Virus record (IMG/VR): IMGVR_UViG_3300011442_000004
Span: 1 to 48,198 of that record
DNA length: 48,198 nucleotides
DNA from: a virus
Lineage: Duplodnaviria > Caudoviricetes
Strand: one strand, 5' to 3'
Below the pieces are notes generated by a model that worked only from the letters and a program-made list of their open reading frames with translations, was not told where the DNA came from and searched no databases. Below are positions 44,940 through 48,198 of this stretch, one piece after another (position 1 is the first letter of the stretch; every line of letters starts with the position of its first letter). Made by a program: the position numbers and the translations under genes.

Positions 44940-47900
44940 ATGATTGACTGGGGCAAGATTGGGCCTGCCAACAGCCCGACGCCGACGACTCCTGACACCA
45001 CCACCCCGGTAGCCCCTGCGGCACCGGGTTCACTCGCTGCACCGACCGGCTCCGGGCTGCTCGGCCTCGCCCCGACGGTCGGGCCGGAAGGCGTCCCCAG
45101 CGGATACGAGGCTGGCAACTCCGGCACGGCGTGGAAGGCCACGCAGGCGGACGTTGACGCCATGGACCCGGCGCAGCGCATCGGGCGCGGCATCGACGTC
45201 CTCGGCAACGCACTCTTCGGGCAGGGCAACGGCTCGCCTCTGGGCGGCATCCCGGTCCTCGGCGACATCGTCGGCGGGGTCGGCAACATCGGGCACACCG
45301 TCGGCGACTGGACGGTCGCCAAGCCTCTCGAAGTGGCGGGTAACGTCCTCTCGGGCATCCCGCTGAGCGCGGTCCCGGGCGGGGCCGACGACTCGTTCCG
45401 GGACATCGGCGCGAAGCTCGCCGACCCGAACCTCCAGCACGACCCGTTCTACGCCGAGGCGTACCACCAGTGGCAGCTCATCAAGGCCGCCAGCGACGCC
45501 GACTTCTTCCACGGCGGCAACATGAAGGGCGATTTCAATGCCGAGTTCCTGAAGGCTCAGGACGACCGGCAGCATGACAGCCAGCTCGGCTGGGCTCCAG
45601 ACTTCGCGCTCGGCAAGGCGGAGGTCGGCTCGGTCGGCGGCGCATTGTCATTGGCCATCGAGAGCTTCCTCGGGCTGGCCGGTGGCGGCACCCAGCGTGT
45701 GCTCGGCAGCGCGGGCGTGTTCAACCCCGACTGGAGCACCGCCTCGTTCGAGGACATGCTGAGCTACCAGACCCAGAAGGACGCCGGGCACGAGCCCACG
45801 CTGGCCTTCGGACACCCGACCGACGCTTTCGACTATGCCTACGAGCAGATGAAGGCGGGCAACATGACGCAGGACGCCGCCAAGGCGTACGTCGAGAAGT
45901 CGAAGAACGAGAACCGCATCCAAGAGGCGACCCGCCGGTTCGAGTCCGGGCAGGAGGTCTCCGACGTCGAGAAGAAGGCGGTCGAGGCTGTCAAGTCGGG
46001 GCTGTGGTCCGAGGACCACGCCATGGACTACATCGTCAGCCACGGCCAGTCCGTCACGCGCAACCTCGTGGGGCAGATTGCCGGTGGCCTCGTCACCGAC
46101 CCCCTCACGTACGCCACTCTGGGCGCCGGGTCCGTCGCCAAGGCGGGCACCGTGGGCAAGACCATCATGGAGGCTGGCGGCATCGCCAAGACCGCCGGGT
46201 TCGCCGAGAAGGCCGCGTTCGCCGCCGAGCAGGCCACCAACTTCGACAAGGCGCGGGTCCTCATCGGCGCCGTGCAGCAGGACGCCGCGCTCGGCCCGGC
46301 CTTCCGCATCGCTCGCGGGATGTTCGACCCGCTCGCCGTCTACAAGCCGAGCACCGTCGCCCGGGCCACCACCGACCTGCTGGACGCCACGTCCCTGTCG
46401 GCGTTCCAGCGCACCTACGGCCCGGCCGTCTACAAGCTGCGGGCCATGGCGCGCGAGGCTGGCATCACGCCCGAGATTGACAGCGCCATCGCGTCCTACA
46501 CCAAGTATCAGGGCCTCCTGCTGTCGGGGCGCAAGCTCCAGAAGGACATGCTGGAGCAGGGCCTCGGCATTGAAATGGTCCACACGCCCGTCGATGAGGC
46601 CGTCGAGCTGGCCGCCCGGAACGCGCCGCGCGACGCCGAGACGATGCTCGTGGACCACATGACGGCGATGAAGCAGAACGTCTTCGGCGCCGAGCGCGAC
46701 GCCGACCTCGCGAACCGGCTGGCCACGACCTTCGGGAAGACCTCTGAGGAGTGGGCCAAGCAAATCCCCGACATGTCGCCGGACCTGAAGTCCGCCCTGC
46801 ACGCCGTCACCTACGAGAAGGGCGGGCGCGAGTTCGCCGAGGCGCTGGGTAAGGTGGACACGGCCGCCTACAAGGGCGACGTGCCCCTGCGCAACGCCAC
46901 CCTCATCAGCGCCGAGTCGCTGGACAACGTCACGGCCGAGGCCGTCATCAAGAACATCCGCGCCATCCTGTCGGGCGAGGAGCACGCCGCCAAGATTGCA
47001 ACCGCGAGCAAGGTCTGGAACGACCTCGGGATGCGGTACCCGAAGCTGGCCAACCTCGGCTACGCGACCGGCGGCAAGCAGCAGCTCGAAGACCTCGTCA
47101 AGGCTCTGGAGAAGGAGCTGGAGCGCGGCGGCATCATGCGCCGCATGACGGAGGACGAGCTGAACGACCCGGTCCTCCGCCCCTTGCGAGACATGCTCGA
47201 CCGACACAGCGTCCCGGGTGCGCCGCTCACCAGCGAGGAGCAGGCCATCGCCGACTCGCTCGTCAACCCCCCGCTCACCCCGGGCGAGGGCGTGGCCAAG
47301 GCGCCGAAGGGCATGGCCTCCTCCACCCTGAAGAACGGTGGCGGGACGTTCGACGCGGCCACCGGCAAGCCGCTGACTCCGGGCACCGGATACGCAGTCG
47401 CCACCGGCCAGCAGGGCAAGGTCGTGGCCGCCAAGGCCAAGGACATCAACGAGGCGTACGTCGAGGTCTCGAAGACTGGCGCGCCCCACATCGGCACGTG
47501 GCTCAACCCGGAGGACGGGATGGTCTACGTGGACCCGACGCAGGTCGTGGACGACCTCGAAGAGGCGATGAAGCTGGCGCAGGCGCGCGGCGAGAAGGCC
47601 ATCTTCGACTTCAGCACCATGGAGGACATCCCCGTCGCGGCGCGCGAGGCACAGCTCGGCGTCAAGCGCAATTGGAATATCGGCTTCCGCCCGGACGAAG
47701 AGGTCGCGTGGGGCCTGAAGCAGGACGTCAACACTGGCCGGTACGTCGTGGACCGCGACCCGACCATCAGCCGCATCTACGACGCCGTCCCCGGACGCAA
47801 CCCCTTCAGCGACACGACGCGCAACGTGCTCGGGCAGACCATCGGCCGGTCCGCCGCCGAGCGCCTGAACAAGCCCATCGAGGCACTGGAGGCCATGACC

Positions 47901-48198
47901 AACACGATGCGCGACAGCATCACCGGCACCCGGCTCGTGCTGAACATGGAGCAGCGGTTCACCCGGTCGATGTTCGACGCGGGCATCCCGGAGCCGCTGA
48001 CGAAGCTCATCTGGACCCGCGCCCGCGAGGTCGCCGGGCTCGACACCACCACCATCCGGGGCATCAAGCCGGACGACCTGTGGAAGGTCATCGCCGATGA
48101 CATCCCGCGCGACCTGCGCTCCGCCTCGGGCGAGGCTCTGAACGTGCACGTCGTCATGGACCACTTGCTCCGGGCGGCCGAGGGCGACCTGCGCATCA
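44940..48198 (+). CDS. N-terminal part of the giant putative internal virion/ejection protein (continues to 2711)
   Basis: ATG right after the upstream TAG (MIDWGKIGPANSP...); frame open where spot-checked; absent from the ORF track because it has no stop before the window end. Confidence 0.8.
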   Translation, partial: MIDWGKIGPANSPTPTTPDTTTPVAPAAPGSLAAPTGSGLLGLAPTVGPEGVPSGYEAGNSGTAWKATQADVDAMDPAQRIGRGIDVLGNALFGQGNGSPLGGIPVLGDIVGGVGNIGHTVGDWTVAKPLEVAGNVLSGIPLSAVPGGADDSFRDIGAKLADPNLQHDPFYAEAYHQWQLIKAASDADFFHGGNMKGDFNAEFLKAQDDRQHDSQLGWAPDFALGKAEVGSVGGALSLAIESFLGLAGGGTQRVLGSAGVFNPDWSTASFEDMLSYQTQKDAGHEPTLAFGHPTDAFDYAYEQMKAGNMTQDAAKAYVEKSKNENRIQEATRRFESGQEVSDVEKKAVEAVKSGLWSEDHAMDYIVSHGQSVTRNLVGQIAGGLVTDPLTYATLGAGSVAKAGTVGKTIMEAGGIAKTAGFAEKAAFAAEQATNFDKARVLIGAVQQDAALGPAFRIARGMFDPLAVYKPSTVARATTDLLDATSLSAFQRTYGPAVYKLRAMAREAGITPEIDSAIASYTKYQGLLLSGRKLQKDMLEQGLGIEMVHTPVDEAVELAARNAPRDAETMLVDHMTAMKQNVFGAERDADLANRLATTFGKTSEEWAKQIPDMSPDLKSALHAVTYEKGGREFAEALGKVDTAAYKGDVPLRNATLISAESLDNVTAEAVIKNIRAILSGEEHAAKIATASKVWNDLGMRYPKLANLGYATGGKQQLEDLVKALEKELERGGIMRRMTEDELNDPVLRPLRDMLDRHSVPGAPLTSEEQAIADSLVNPPLTPGEGVAKAPKGMASSTLKNGGGTFDAATGKPLTPGTGYAVATGQQGKVVAAKAKDINEAYVEVSKTGAPHIGTWLNPEDGMVYVDPTQVVDDLEEAMKLAQARGEKAIFDFSTMEDIPVAAREAQLGVKRNWNIGFRPDEEVAWGLKQDVNTGRYVVDRDPTISRIYDAVPGRNPFSDTTRNVLGQTIGRSAAERLNKPIEALEAMTNTMRDSITGTRLVLNMEQRFTRSMFDAGIPEPLTKLIWTRAREVAGLDTTTIRGIKPDDLWKVIADDIPRDLRSASGEALNVHVVMDHLLRAAEGDLRI
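48076..48198. repeat. Terminal 123-bp direct repeat (copy 2)
   Basis: Identical to 1-123. Confidence 0.95.

Noticed and set aside
38731-48164. Very long minus-strand ORFs (1208, 854, 838 aa; also 474-2726, 6173-7774, 15985-17427)
   Set aside because: Antisense shadows of GC-rich genes with strong codon bias; no motifs or RBS.
48076-48198. 123-bp terminal repeat as a biological direct terminal repeat
   Set aside because: It falls mid-gene in a continuous frame, as expected for an assembler overlap.
1-48198. CRISPR array, diversity-generating retroelement, intron or IS element
   Set aside because: No regularly spaced repeats, reverse transcriptase, template/variable repeat pair, split gene or transposase seen.

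Overview
The window appears to be a complete, circularly permuted, GC-rich (roughly 68% by eye) tailed-phage genome of 48,075 bp. Bases 1-123 repeat exactly at 48076-48198, as expected for an assembly overlap. The rightward arm runs: SSB-like gene, HTH, prim-pol, D5/P4-type helicase, VRR-NUC, terminase, portal, two very large putative ejection proteins (one ~1,948 aa, spanning the join), scaffold, major capsid protein, Dit/Tal-like and fibre proteins, lysis genes, a phosphoesterase, two candidate structured RNAs and three tRNAs. The leftward arm (18.5-33.9 kb) holds about 30 mostly small genes, including a MoxR-type AAA/VWA pair, an RNA ligase, nucleotide-hydrolase-like genes, a PD-(D/E)XK nuclease and a surface-anchored protein. 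I recognised no integrase, classical repressor, DNA polymerase, RNA polymerase, tail tube or tape measure. The strongest unexplained signal is an AT-rich palindromic octamer, ATTGCAAT, with 32 exact copies and about 37 close variants found by eye. It is written into coding sequence through rare synonymous codons and also sits at promoters and gene junctions. Also notable: an accessory protein that starts with a copy of the capsid N-terminus, one module shared by four virion proteins, and layered restriction-site avoidance. All product calls come from motif recognition by eye, not database searches.
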